A stretch of 64,000 nucleotides of DNA from Octopus vulgaris (lineage: Eukaryota): NCBI GenBank assembly GCA_951406725.2, contig OX597816.1, forward strand, positions 131,936,001 through 132,000,000. Reading direction: 5' to 3'. Every line of letters starts with the position of its first letter. Position 1 is the stretch's first letter. The notes under the pieces are model-generated. The model worked only from the letters and a program-made list of their open reading frames with translations. It made no database searches and had not been told where the DNA came from. A program made the position numbers and the translations under genes. This document shows, in pieces, positions 1-11,560 of the stretch.

Positions 1-57
1 ATGATGATAATATTGAACAATAGTTTTATTCACCTCATCTTCTAGTGTAAAAATCAA

Positions 58-58
58 T

Positions 59-96
<38 letters not shown>

Positions 97-274
97 CTAT
101 ATATGTACATATGTATATATGTTTCTGTATATACATACACATACCCCATACACACATACATACATACATACACACATATATACATACATACATACATACA
201 TACATACATACATACATACATACATACATACATACATACATACATACATACATACATACATACATACATACATG
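58..274. repeat. Compound microsatellite (GT)n / (TACA)n
   Basis: Direct reading; accounts for the low-complexity ORFs at 35-367. Confidence 0.95.
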
Positions 275-359
275 CACAGGCTAAATTTAACAGTTTGCAT
301 AAAAGGAAAAGACAACAATATCCAGCCTCCTAATAGAAGCATTAAAAAAATCAAAAATA

Positions 360-1140
360 TCAACTAGATTATGGCTGGTAGATAAAGACATACTCAAAGT
401 AACTAGCCTCAGCTTCCATCATAGTCTCAAGATGTCTTTGGAACCTGGAACTTGCGTTCTTCACTGAGTCCCTACAAATATTCTCAAATACTTCCTTGAT
501 CTTGGTCACCAACTTGGCCTAGGTGCTACTAGCTCAGTCTTTATCAACTGTGCCCCACACATAGTAATCCATGGGATTACAATCGGGATAATTAGGCAGC
601 CAAATATTAGAGCTGTTGAAGTCATAGAACTTCTCTGACAACCACTTCTGATTTTCCAAAGAGCTAAATTCTGCTACCACACATATGGCCATCCAGCAAC
701 AACCCTCTTAAGCCAGGGATTGACCAGTCTGCAGCAACTTCACATAACCATCTAACTTGAACCTGAGGCCCTGTTCATCAGTTGTTGGATGAATTCTGGC
801 ATGCAGATGCAGTCAGAATGGCTGCTGTCTCTTTTCCTACTGACTAAGGCTTTGTAGTCTCTGTTGCAGCTGTCCATATGATGTCCTACAATCTTTATGG
901 TGTTCAGAGAGCATTGAGCAACAGTCATGATGTCAGCATTTCAATACCCAGCATGAATCCTCATGATACAGGTAACTCTTTTCCAATATTCAGATGGCTT
1001 CCAGTCCTCCATGTTAGATAATGTTTTCTCAACAACAACAATAATGTTTATGCTCTCCAACACCAGTGACTGTTCACCAATACATCAAGCTGTTCCTGAA
1101 AACAAAGACGTAAAAAATCATCAAATTTAGCCCAAATACC
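360..1140 (-). mobile_element. Degenerate Tc1/mariner-superfamily transposase remnant
   Basis: Minus strand near 555-605 reads WLPNYPDCNPMDYYVWG, matching the WPPxSPDLNPxDY motif around the third catalytic residue. No open frame; boundaries approximate. Confidence 0.6.
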
Positions 1141-1209
1141 TTGTGTGTGTGTGTGAGTGTGTATGTGTGTGTGAGTGTGTGTGTATGTGCGTGTGTGTCT
1201 GTGTGTGTG

Positions 1210-2600
1210 GCATAAACTGCATTTGGATGGTGCTTTTTACATGCCACTGGCATGGGGAGCTAGTCAGGTGGCTCTGGCAGCAACCCACGCATGAATGAAT
1301 GGTGCTTATCGCATGGCACTAGTATAGGTAATGGCCACAACTACAATTTCCATTTGATTGTGTTTTGCTTTGATTTTGATTTATTTGAACCAACAGGTCA
1401 CCTCAAGCATGGAATGTTGCCCAACGATTCAAAGGTACTTTTTAAATGGGCTGGTTATGCGATACTGGTATAGGCTATGGCCATGATCTCACTTCCTTTG
1501 CTGGGCATTCTCAATCACAACATATCTCCAGAGGGTTTGGTCTTTTGTCATTGCCTCTGTGAGGCCCAATGTTAGAGGATGTTATTCCACAAGTTCTGAT
1601 CCATGACATGCTTCAGGCTGAGATACTGCAACTTCACATCTTCCTCAATTTCTTTCACTCATGTCTTTTTTGGTGTGCTGCCCTGGAGAATCCAGTGCAT
1701 AGGACACTGCTGCAAAAAAAGTGCTCATCCTGCAGACATGGCTAAACCACTGCAGACTGCTCATCTGAACTTGGTCTTCAATTGTTGTTTCTGCTGGCAT
1801 TGTTCTCAGATGTTGTTGTTTGAGATTCGGTCACATAGAGAGATACCCAGGATCTGACAAAGGCACCACAGTTGGAACACCTCGAGCTTGTTCAGGTCTT
1901 GTTTGATGATGGTCCAGGTCTCAGTGTTATAGTGGTATCACATGCCCATTCTAGTATAGTCTCCTCTCTTGCAAACTACATCTAATTCCTCCAATATCCA
2001 GTTTTTCTCTCGATATATTTGTGCTTCATTGTTCACATACATGCTCAGTAGAGCATGCCAGTTTTCTTTCTTTCTGGTCTTTACAAATCCTCTATACTTA
2101 TTTCCCATGTTACACTAGTGCATAACATAGCAATTTGCAAGCAAAAATCACAGTCTGCCTTTCTCTCTGCGAGAGAAACCTTTTGTTACCAAGAGAGGAA
2201 ATCCCACTCTGAGCCATTTCCAGCTTCTTTACTTTCAGAACATCCTCCTCCATTGCTTATTAGATCCTCTAGGTCACTGGAGAAACCTATTACCTCTAGG
2301 GAAATATTTTGTTAGTGATAGAGATAAAAGCTCACTCCAGCTTTTTTACTTTCAGAACATCCTTCTCCATTGCTTATTAGATCCCCTAGGTAACAGGAGA
2401 AGCCTATTACCTCTAGGGTTCCTCCTGGACATTTTAGAAAATCTATTTCTCATGTATCCTTAGTGTTTATTGCTCATGCACATATGCAACTTACAAAGGC
2501 TGCTTTCTCTCTTAGCTCTCTTGTGAAGCTTCTGCACTCATGTGTGTGCATATTTTGCATTGGATACACTGTATGGAATTTCTACCAACTCCTTTTCTAC
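1210..2600 (-). mobile_element. Old, fragmented RTE-clade LINE 3' portions (nested pieces)
   Basis: Minus-strand peptides LEVIGFSCYLGDLISNGEGCSES (duplicated at ~2220-2300 and ~2338-2418), IRCSLQERRL, ETWTIIKQDLNKLEVFQLWCL..ILGIS and QWFSHVCRM. The 3' UTR resembles the younger RTE copies in this window. Confidence 0.7.
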
Positions 2601-2666
2601 ATATTGAGCAAGGGCATTTCACTGATAGATGTAGAGTTGTGTTTCAGTACTTCTATATGTATGCAT

Positions 2667-2768
<102 letters not shown>

Positions 2769-3899
2769 ATGTGTGTGTGTGCAAGAATGGCTGTGTGGTA
2801 AGAAGCTTGCTTCCCAACCACATGGTTTTCTTTATATAATTAATTATGTGTGTGTAGGGTGAAAACACAGATGTGATATTGCCATACTGTTTGTGGTGTA
2901 TGTATTATTTTAGATTGAGAGCATAGAGTGAGATGATTTCAACAACTGCCTCACGGAATATTTGAATGTACAATAACAGATGTATTATGAATCATATTAT
3001 ACTTCTTTTTTTATTAGTTTCAGTCAATTAATTGTGACCATGCTGGTGCACTATGTTGAAGGATCTAATTGATCAAATCAAACCCAATATTTACAAGTGG
3101 GTGCTGGAAAGTTCCTGGCTTTCGGTAAAAGGAAGTACAGAAGGATCAGTTAATTATGATTTTATTTAACATATTCCCCTCTCAGATTCACGATTACTCC
3201 ATCAATTCAATGCAGGAGAGTTCACTACTTTCAATACACCATGAAGAAAGTTAACTGTCATGGAAGTTTACCAAGAAAATATATCTATTAATAGTTAAAA
3301 ACTACTTTATTGAAAAAAAAACCCCAGAAAAACTGTGATATAGAATAAATTAGCCAAACAAATAAATAAGTTAATACGAAGTAATCATATATCGCATTAC
3401 ATTATGACCAGAGCATAAATAAATTAACATAATAAAACTTATTACAAAGTCTTCAGACCATACAGAGAAAAAAATAAAAACCTCATCAACATTTAATTGA
3501 AAGTTAATAATTAGAAGAAAAGCTAATTATATAAACCTTACTACTTCTAATAAACATTTGCTTTCTCACGTAGACCACCATTTAAACACATGAACTACGA
3601 TATATAAATTTTTTTTGAAACTCCTTCAAGTTTCTTTTGTTATCTTATATCTTTTACACGTTTCAGTCATTAGACTGCGGCCATGCTGGGGCACCACCGT
3701 GAATAGCTTTAGTCAAACAAATTGATCTTAGTATTTATTTTGTAAGCCTGGTACTTATTTAAATTGTTTTGTTTTGCTAGACTATTAAGTTATGGGGAAC
3801 GTAAACAAACCAGCACTGGTTGTCAAGTGGTGGTGGTGGGGGTACAAATACAGACACAAACAGACACACATGTATAAATATATATACATATACCTATAG

Positions 3900-3935
<36 letters not shown>

Positions 3936-4091
3936 ATATATATATATATATATATATATTAATAAAAAGAATTCCAACCTTGTCTGATTTTCACGTTTTA
4001 TTTACAATCTTATAATGATATATTATAAGATAATATATTATAATTGAATAAAATAAAATGAAATAGTAGAATGTTAAATATTCATTCTGAT

Positions 4092-4136
4092 TGAACTAGT
4101 ACTTTCATGCATTGAATTCTGCAATCTTCGGGTTCA
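4092..4136 (-). ncRNA. Mirror copy of the PLE hammerhead ribozyme
   Basis: Exact reverse complement of 8275-8319 within the inverted arm. Confidence 0.75.
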
Positions 4137-4630
4137 TGTAGTAGTGTTGACAGTCATGCTTCACAATTTTTGACTGTAGCAAGATGAGTGATTCTGTGCT
4201 ATAAATACAGCTGGGTAGGCTCCAGAGTGCTAGGTTTTGCAAACTGTATTCTGACCAATCAGTGTGTAGTATCACTCAATTACTTAAGCTGATTGGTTGG
4301 TTGAGCTGATTGGTTTAGGCATCACGCTTTGTTGGACAGGTCAAGAGTCCTGTATCTTGACCCTGGCCGAAGCAGCAATTGTTGGGTTATTTTTAGAAAT
4401 GTTGTAAATATCCTTTGTCAGAGATTTTTATATTTTTATATTTCAATTGTCATCATCATCATTGTCAGCACCTTAATTATTGTTGCTAGTGGTGATGGTG
4501 GTGGCAATAGAACTTTTAACCCTAAATAAGATAATTTTCCTGCTATCTTCGTCTTGATCACCTTTAGTAGTGTTGTTGTTGTTAGTGGTCATGGTCGTAG
4601 CAGTGGAAGTAATACCTCTAAGTATTATTA

Positions 4631-5488
4631 TTATTGCTTATTTAGCTTGGGTTCGAATTTATCAATAAAATTCTTTTCTCTGATTTTCCTCTCGATTTCA
4701 CTTGGGCTGTGTAATTTGTAGAATGGAAATATTATATATATTTTCCGACCACATGTTGCTAGGTGGTTACTCAAAGGTATCTGACGGACCTCTGGGTCTC
4801 TAATCTGTTGCCGGTGTACACGTGAGCGTTCTAATAGTGCGTTTCCCGTCTGACCTACATATATTTCTTCACAATTTGGGCATTTGATGCAGTAAATTAA
4901 ATTTCTGCTTTTGCAGTTCATATTCGCGTTTGTGAATATTTTCCCGGTTTTTGTGTTTATATATTGACCGGTATGTATGAATTGGCATGTGCCACATCGG
5001 CTATCATTGCATTTAGATACCGTGAATGTTTGGTCTTTGTTGCTGAGGTCAAATTTTGCCTTTGTTAGTAATGTTTTCAAGTTTTTAGGCTGTCTTTTAC
5101 TAAGCACCATAGCTCGATCCTTGATTATGTCTTTTAATTCATTACTTTGGGCAATGATTGGTAGGTTTGCTTTGGCAATGTTGAAGATATTCTGGTGACA
5201 TGGGTTGTGTGTCACTATGAATGGTATGACTTGTTCTTGTTTTCCTCTTCCTTGGGTTGTCCTAAGTTGTTGTATAGGTATTTTTATAGCCCGCTGTATG
5301 CCATTTTCTATAAGTAGAGATGGGTATTTTTGTTTGAGCAAAAATTCTCTTAGTTCTATTAGGCGTTTGTTCCTGATATTTGCATCTTCTACAATAGTAC
5401 AAATTCTTCTGGCTAGGCAGTATGGGATGTTACGTTTTGTATGTGGTGGATGGCACGACTTAAAATTTAGGTATTGATGTGTGTCTGT
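4631..5488 (-). pseudogene. Inverted duplicate of the PLE C-terminal (thumb + GIY-YIG) coding region
   Basis: The ORF 4631..5341(-) translation is identical to the C-terminal ~235 aa of 5474..7780. Confidence 0.9.
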
Positions 5489-7780
5489 ATGTATAGATGT
5501 ATAGATCCTAAAATATTGATGTGTGTCTGTATGTACAGATGTATAGATCCTAAAATAATTAATTTATCAAAAAGAGATCTTGACAATGATGAAATCCAAC
5601 TTCTGTCAAAAGGACTGAAATTCACACCTACACCAACAGCCAACCACCAAGAATTAAAGGAGGATATCCAAAAATTCTGTCGAAAATTACGACTTGTAGA
5701 ATTCTTCGCTAACAAAAGTAATGAGATTGATGAATCCCTAGTAAGGAATAAATCAAATTTCACCCCACCAAAAGGAAGAAATAGCTACCTTGACCAATAC
5801 ATTGATATCCTGTCTAAATTTCCCCTTAGACGCAATACCAATGTTAGGCCAAACATTAGCAAATCAGAGATGTCTGCATGTAAACGTATACAAAACGATC
5901 AAACAATAATAATTAAACAAGCAGATAAAGGTGGTGCAATTGTTATTATGGATACCGAATACTATAAGGATTTGGTTGAAGACCAACTGAAGGATACAAC
6001 CTTCTATTGTGAAATACCCGCAAATATAGACCACCACATCATGAAAAAGATCAACAACCTGATTTCAACACACTACAACTCACTTACGGATAATGAAAAA
6101 GACTACATCACCAATTTTGAACCAAAACCCAGCAACTTCTACGGCTTACCAAAAATACACAAATCAAAAAACATTCAACAGGCAGTAAAAGAACAAGAAA
6201 GTGAGTACATAAAATTATTACATCCAAAAGACCTAAAACTTAGACCTATTATAGCTGGTCCAGCATGCCCTACACACCGTCTAAGCAATTTTATTGACAT
6301 TGTTTTGAAACCACTATGTACTTACATACCAAGTTTCATCAGGGATGACATCGACTTCCTGTCCCATCTTCCCAAAACAACAGAAACAAATTCAGTTTTA
6401 CTAAGTTTTGATGTGGTAAGCCTCTACACCAATATTCCACACGATTTAGGAATAAAGGCGATTAAATACTGGTTAGAAAAACATAGAGAAGTGATTCCCA
6501 GCAGATTCACAGTGCCATTTATATTAGACACAGTCAAACTTATTCTAGAAAATAACATATTCTTCTTCAATGGAAAGAATTACATCCAAATTAGAGGCAC
6601 GGCGATGGGAACGAGGTTTGCTCCCGTTTACGCCAACTCTGTAATGGGATACTTAGAAGAACAACTCTACCAAGAGGTGGAGGTAAACTATGGCACTGGA
6701 TTTAGAAAGTATATTGAAAAGGCATGGAAGAGATACCTAGACGACTGTTTCATAATCTGGACAGAATCTCTAAATACTCTGGAAGAGTTCAATATCCTCC
6801 TGAACAACCTACACCCATCTCTCAAATTTACAAAGGAGATGAGTAGTACCAAATTACCATTCCTGGATATAATGGTAATTAAAAAAGACACCACCATCAC
6901 CACAGATATATACTATAAACACACAGACACACATCAATACCTAAATTTTAAGTCGTGCCATCCACCACATACAAAACGTAACATCCCATACTGCCTAGCC
7001 AGAAGAATTTGTACTATTGTAGAAGATGCAAATATCAGGAACAAACGCCTAATAGAACTAAGAGAATTTTTGCTCAAACAAAAATACCCATCTCTACTTA
7101 TAGAAAATGGCATACAGCGGGCTATAAAAATACCTATACAACAACTTAGGACAACCCAAGGAAGAGGAAAACAAGAACAAGTCATACCATTCATAGTGAC
7201 ACACAACCCATGTCACCAGAATATCTTCAACATTGCCAAAGCAAACCTACCAATCATTGCCCAAAGTAATGAATTAAAAGACATAATCAAGGATCGAGCT
7301 ATGGTGCTTAGTAAAAGACAGCCTAAAAACTTGAAAACATTACTAACAAAGGCAAAATTTGACCTCAGCAACAAAGACCAAACATTCACGGTATCTAAAT
7401 GCAATGATAGCCGATGTGGCACATGCCAATTCATACATACCGGTCAATATATAAACACAAAAACCGGGAAAATATTCACAAACGCGAATATGAACTGCAA
7501 AAGCAGAAATTTAATTTACTGCATCAAATGCCCAAATTGTGAAGAAATATATGTAGGTCAGACGGGAAACGCACTATTAGAACGCTCACGTGTACACCGG
7601 CAACAGATTAGAGACCCAGAGGTCCGTCAGATACCTTTGAGTAACCACCTAGCAACATGTGGTCGGAAAATATATATAATATTTCCATTCTACAAATTAC
7701 ACAGCCCAAGTGAAATCGAGAGGAAAATCAGAGAAAAGAATTTTATTGATAAATTCGAACCCAAGCTAAATAAGCAATAA
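5474..7780 (+). CDS. PLE reverse transcriptase + C-terminal GIY-YIG endonuclease (open frame; N-terminus is a junction artefact)
   Basis: Motifs: NLS..L...E..LLSKGLKFTP; IKQADKGGAIVIMD; FYGLPKIHK...LRPII; SFDVVSLYTNIP; GTAMGTRFAP; RYLDD; LPFLDI; linker CNDSRCGTC; NLIYCIKCPNCEEIYVGQT; REKNFIDKFEPKLN. The first ~26 codons come from a 42-bp junction duplication. Confidence 0.93.
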   Translation: MMCVCMYRCIDPKILMCVCMYRCIDPKIINLSKRDLDNDEIQLLSKGLKFTPTPTANHQELKEDIQKFCRKLRLVEFFANKSNEIDESLVRNKSNFTPPKGRNSYLDQYIDILSKFPLRRNTNVRPNISKSEMSACKRIQNDQTIIIKQADKGGAIVIMDTEYYKDLVEDQLKDTTFYCEIPANIDHHIMKKINNLISTHYNSLTDNEKDYITNFEPKPSNFYGLPKIHKSKNIQQAVKEQESEYIKLLHPKDLKLRPIIAGPACPTHRLSNFIDIVLKPLCTYIPSFIRDDIDFLSHLPKTTETNSVLLSFDVVSLYTNIPHDLGIKAIKYWLEKHREVIPSRFTVPFILDTVKLILENNIFFFNGKNYIQIRGTAMGTRFAPVYANSVMGYLEEQLYQEVEVNYGTGFRKYIEKAWKRYLDDCFIIWTESLNTLEEFNILLNNLHPSLKFTKEMSSTKLPFLDIMVIKKDTTITTDIYYKHTDTHQYLNFKSCHPPHTKRNIPYCLARRICTIVEDANIRNKRLIELREFLLKQKYPSLLIENGIQRAIKIPIQQLRTTQGRGKQEQVIPFIVTHNPCHQNIFNIAKANLPIIAQSNELKDIIKDRAMVLSKRQPKNLKTLLTKAKFDLSNKDQTFTVSKCNDSRCGTCQFIHTGQYINTKTGKIFTNANMNCKSRNLIYCIKCPNCEEIYVGQTGNALLERSRVHRQQIRDPEVRQIPLSNHLATCGRKIYIIFPFYKLHSPSEIERKIREKNFIDKFEPKLNKQ

Positions 7781-8097
7781 TAATAATACTTAGAGGTATT
7801 ACTTCCACTGCTACGACCATGACCACTAACAACAACAACACTACTAAAGGTGATCAAGACGAAGATAGCAGGAAAATTATCTTATTTAGGGTTAAAAGTT
7901 CTATTGCCACCACCATCACCACTAGCAACAATAATTAAGGTGCTGACAATGATGATGATGACAATTGAAATATAAAAATATAAAAATCTCTGACAAAGGA
8001 TATTTACAACATTTCTAAAAATAACCCAACAATTGCTGCTTCGGCCAGGGTCAAGATACAGGACTCTTGACCTGTCCAACAAAGCGTGATGCCTAAA

Positions 8098-8211
8098 CCA
8101 ATCAGCTCAACCAACCAATCAGCTTAAGTAATTGAGTGATACTACACACTGATTGGTCAGAATACAGTTTGCAAAACCTAGCACTCTGGAGCCTACCCAG
8201 CTGTATTTATA
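8098..8211 (+). promoter_or_regulatory. Candidate pLTR promoter (CCAAT boxes + TATA-like element)
   Basis: CCAATCAGC at 8098 and 8115, inverted CCAAT (GATTGG) at 8151, and TATTTATA at 8204 (TATAAATA on the other strand), ~65 bp upstream of the HHR. Mirrored at 4200-4313. Confidence 0.45.
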
Positions 8212-8274
8212 GCACAGAATCACTCATCTTGCTACAGTCAAAAATTGTGAAGCATGACTGTCAACACTACTACA

Positions 8275-8319
8275 TGAACCCGAAGATTGCAGAATTCAAT
8301 GCATGAAAGTACTAGTTCA
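8275..8319 (+). ncRNA. Minimal type I hammerhead ribozyme in the PLE pLTR
   Basis: TGAAC-CCGAAGA-tTGCA(gaattcaa)TGCAt-GAAA-GTAC-TA-GTTCA. Stem I is TGAAC/GTTCA, the core has a U4C variant, and stem III is palindromic (AGTACT). Confidence 0.75.
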
Positions 8320-8481
8320 ATCAGAATGAATATTTAACATTCTACTATTTCATTTTATTTTATTCAATTATAATATATTATCTTATAATATATCATTATA
8401 AGATTGTAAATAAAACGTGAAAATCAGACAAGGTTGGAATTCTTTTTATTAATATATTCTTCTATACACAATCACACACAC

Positions 8482-8515
<34 letters not shown>

Positions 8516-8664
8516 CAATAGGTGAATGAATTATCCCATGTTTACCATCAACATGGAAAATTCGATGAACCGATACCAGGGTAGCAAATTCAAATCAGAA
8601 ACATGGTTGAAGCGACCTGTCCAAGGGTAGAAACTCCGGGTTCATGTGCAGAAATTTGTGTGTT

Positions 8665-8841
8665 ATATATGAATAAATAAATAAATGGAGTTGAATGAAG
8701 ATGTTAACAAAATTCCTTTACTTTTGACATATGTTTCAAAGACAACATGGTTTTTGGAATAAAACCATGTTGCCTTTGAAACATATGTTGAGAGTAAAGG
8801 AATTTTGTTAACATTTTCGTTCAACTCCATTTATTTATTTA

Positions 8842-8850
<9 letters not shown>
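8665..8850. repeat. ~185-bp imperfect palindrome containing the 3' half of an HHR-like motif
   Basis: Arms ATATATGAATAAATAAATAAATGGAG...CAACATGGTTTT / AAAACCATGTTG...CTCCATTTATTTATTTATTCATATAT around a ~6-nt loop. Each arm has GAAA-CATATG-TY. Confidence 0.8.
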
Positions 8851-8879
<29 letters not shown>

Positions 8880-9129
8880 TGCATGTGTGTGTTTTGGTGT
8901 TTATGTTTGTCCCACCACCATCACCACTTGACAACCACTGTTTGTTTGTTTATGTCCTTCATAACTTGATGGTCTGGCAAAAAGAGACAAATAGAATAAG
9001 GACCAGGCTTCAAAAATAAATACTGGAGCCAGTTTACACATACACAAGAGCTTCTTCCAATTTCCATCTACCAAATACACTCACAAGGTTTTAGTTGGCC
9101 TGGGGCTATAGTAGAAGATACTTGCCTAT

Positions 9130-11560
9130 ACAAAAGGACTATCTCTATTTATGCTCCTACACTTTCAGTTAGAGAGGAAAATATCCATGTACTTTATGAG
9201 GAGCTGAGATGAAGTATTTTGTCAGTCCCTTTGAATGAGAAGTTGGTTGTGCTTGTTGACTTTAATGCACATGTTGGTGGAGACTATGGTGCTTGAAATG
9301 TACTTGGGTGTTACGGAATAGGGAATGTGAACAACAACGGGTTGCAGTTGCTACAAATGTGTTCTGAGCCAGGGTTGATTGTTGGGAATACTTTCTCTCA
9401 TCATAAAATGAAACATAAAGTTACCGGGATTCTCCCAAGATTAAAGCAAGGAAACATGATTGACTTTATATTAACTCGGAAAGCTGACTTACAAGATTTG
9501 CGCAGTCTCAGAGTATTGCAAAGTGCTGATTGTGATACTGATCACCAAATGGTTAGGGCCAAGTTCAAGTTCAGGGTCCGTAAGAAGATTCGTAGTGCAT
9601 GTGTACAAGTACCAAAGAAAACTGATGTTGAGCAGCTAAAACAGCCACAAGTTTTGCAGTTGTTTCAAAAGAGATGCAGCAATATTCATTTTGAAGGTTC
9701 ATGATAATCTTTTTGGGATGGAATTTTTAAAATGGGATCAGAGGTGTTAAGTATTCTTTAAAATGGGATCAGAGGAGACAGTACCAAGACTGGTTTGATT
9801 CCAATGAAACAGTGATAAATGAGCATTTAGTAACAAAGAGGTCCACTCTTGAAAAGCTTCTTGACCCAAACATTAAGAACAAAATGCAACTAGATAAGTT
9901 GTACAAGTCTCAGAAAGCAGACTTGCAAAAAGAAATCAGGAGGTTTAAAGACACTTGGTGGAGAAAGTTTACTGTGGCAAGCTTTTGGACTGCAATCATC
10001 ATCATCATCATATGTTCCCTTGAAATCAAAAGATGGAAATGAGGTTATTAAAGATCCTCCTGGAAAAATGAATAGATGGAGAGAACACTTTTCAGATCTT
10101 TTCCACAATCCATCTATAGTAAACATGGAGATCCTAAACAACATTCCGCAAAGAGAGATAGTGCAACACATGAATAATACACTTTCCATTGAAAAAGTAA
10201 ATCTGGCATTAAGTAAACAGAGATCAGGTAAAGCTCCTGGGTTGGATGGTGTTCCAGTTGAAATTCTGGAAGTAGATGGGGTTCATATTTCATTTGAAAT
10301 TCATAATCTGATAACTCAAGTTTGGAATGAATCTTCTGTACCACAAGAATGGATAAATGGCATTCTAATCACTGTATACAAGGGTAAGGGCCCAAAAACA
10401 GTGTGTGGTAATTCTAGAGGGATAACTCTCCTGACACATACTGGGAAGATACTTTCAAGGATCATGTTAGATTGTCTTGTTGAGAATGTGTGTCCACATG
10501 TGATTCCTGAAGAACAGTGTGGTTTCAGACCTGGGTGTTTCTGTGAAGCAGGCTCAAGAGAAATGCTTAGAGGAACAAATGCCACTATACCAGGTCTTCA
10601 TAGATTTAACTAAGGCATTTGACACGGTAAACAGTAAGGCACTGTGGATTGTTTTGTGTAAACTTGATTGCCCAACACATTTTGTGAGTATCTTTAAGGA
10701 ACTACACAGAAACATGAAAGCTCAGGTAGTCTTTAATGGTGAGATATCTCATGAAGTTTTGGTGAACAACGGTGTCAAACAGGGAGATATTCCTGCCCTT
10801 ACACTTTTCTCTATTTATTTCACTGTATTGCTTTTATATGCTTTCAAGGATTGCAACAGAGGAATTGGAATCAGATTTCAACATCTGGTCGTATTTTTAA
10901 TTTGACCCAGTTTAACTGCAAAGCAAAGACTTTCAAAATACTTGTCAGAGAATTACTTCATGCAGATGATGCTGACTTGTTGGCACACTCAGAGGGGGAT
11001 ATACAACATTTGATGGACAGATTTTCCCCTACATGTGTACATTTTGGACTCACAATTAGTTTGGGGAAAACCAAAGTAATGTTTACTCCTGTGCCAGGAC
11101 AAACATATTCTGAACCAAACATTTTTGTGAATAGAACAAGGTTAGAAGTCATTGACACATTTGTTCACCTAGGAAGCACATTGTCAAGAGATGGTAGTCT
11201 TGATGCAGAGATATACTATCGAATAGGGAAGGGAAGTGTTGCACTTGGAAAGCTCAAAAGTGAGTATAGGCAGATAGAGGTATTTTCCAACAGACAAAGA
11301 TCAGTGTCTATAAAGCGTGTGTATTGTCTGCACTTCTTTATTCAAGTGAGACATGGACCACTTACAAGCATCATTTAAAAATGCTGGAGTGATTTCATCA
11401 AAAGTGCCTCAGACGTATCTTAGGAGTCAAGTGAGAATGTTTCATACCAGAAACATAGGTTTTCCGCATGACACGTTGAGGCTCAATTGAACATGCTATA
11501 ACATAAACCAAGGAAAAGGTATAAAGACTGTGTGAAGGAAATAAGAGTCAAAATCACACA
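9130..11560 (+). mobile_element. Degenerate RTE/BovB-like LINE (APE endonuclease + RT) with frameshifts
   Basis: Successive frames give DFNAHVG, NNNGLQLL...IDFILTRK...CDTDH (APE), GKAPGLDG, NSRGITLL, EEQCGFRPG, FIDLTKAFDTV, GVKQGD, LLHADDADL and FVHLGS. Confidence 0.9.

Larger units (their letters stand above)
3954..8457 (+). mobile_element. Penelope-like retroelement (EN+ PLE), 5'-truncated, with an inverted copy of its 3' end (inverted pseudo-LTR), inserted in (TA)n
   Basis: 3954-5488 is the reverse complement of 6923-8457 (mirror sum 12411; ORF translations of both arms are identical). RT + GIY-YIG ORF present. (TA)n lies on both flanks. Confidence 0.95.

Noticed and set aside
35-367. MYVC/HTYI-type ORFs here and throughout the window
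   Set aside because: Microsatellite translations.
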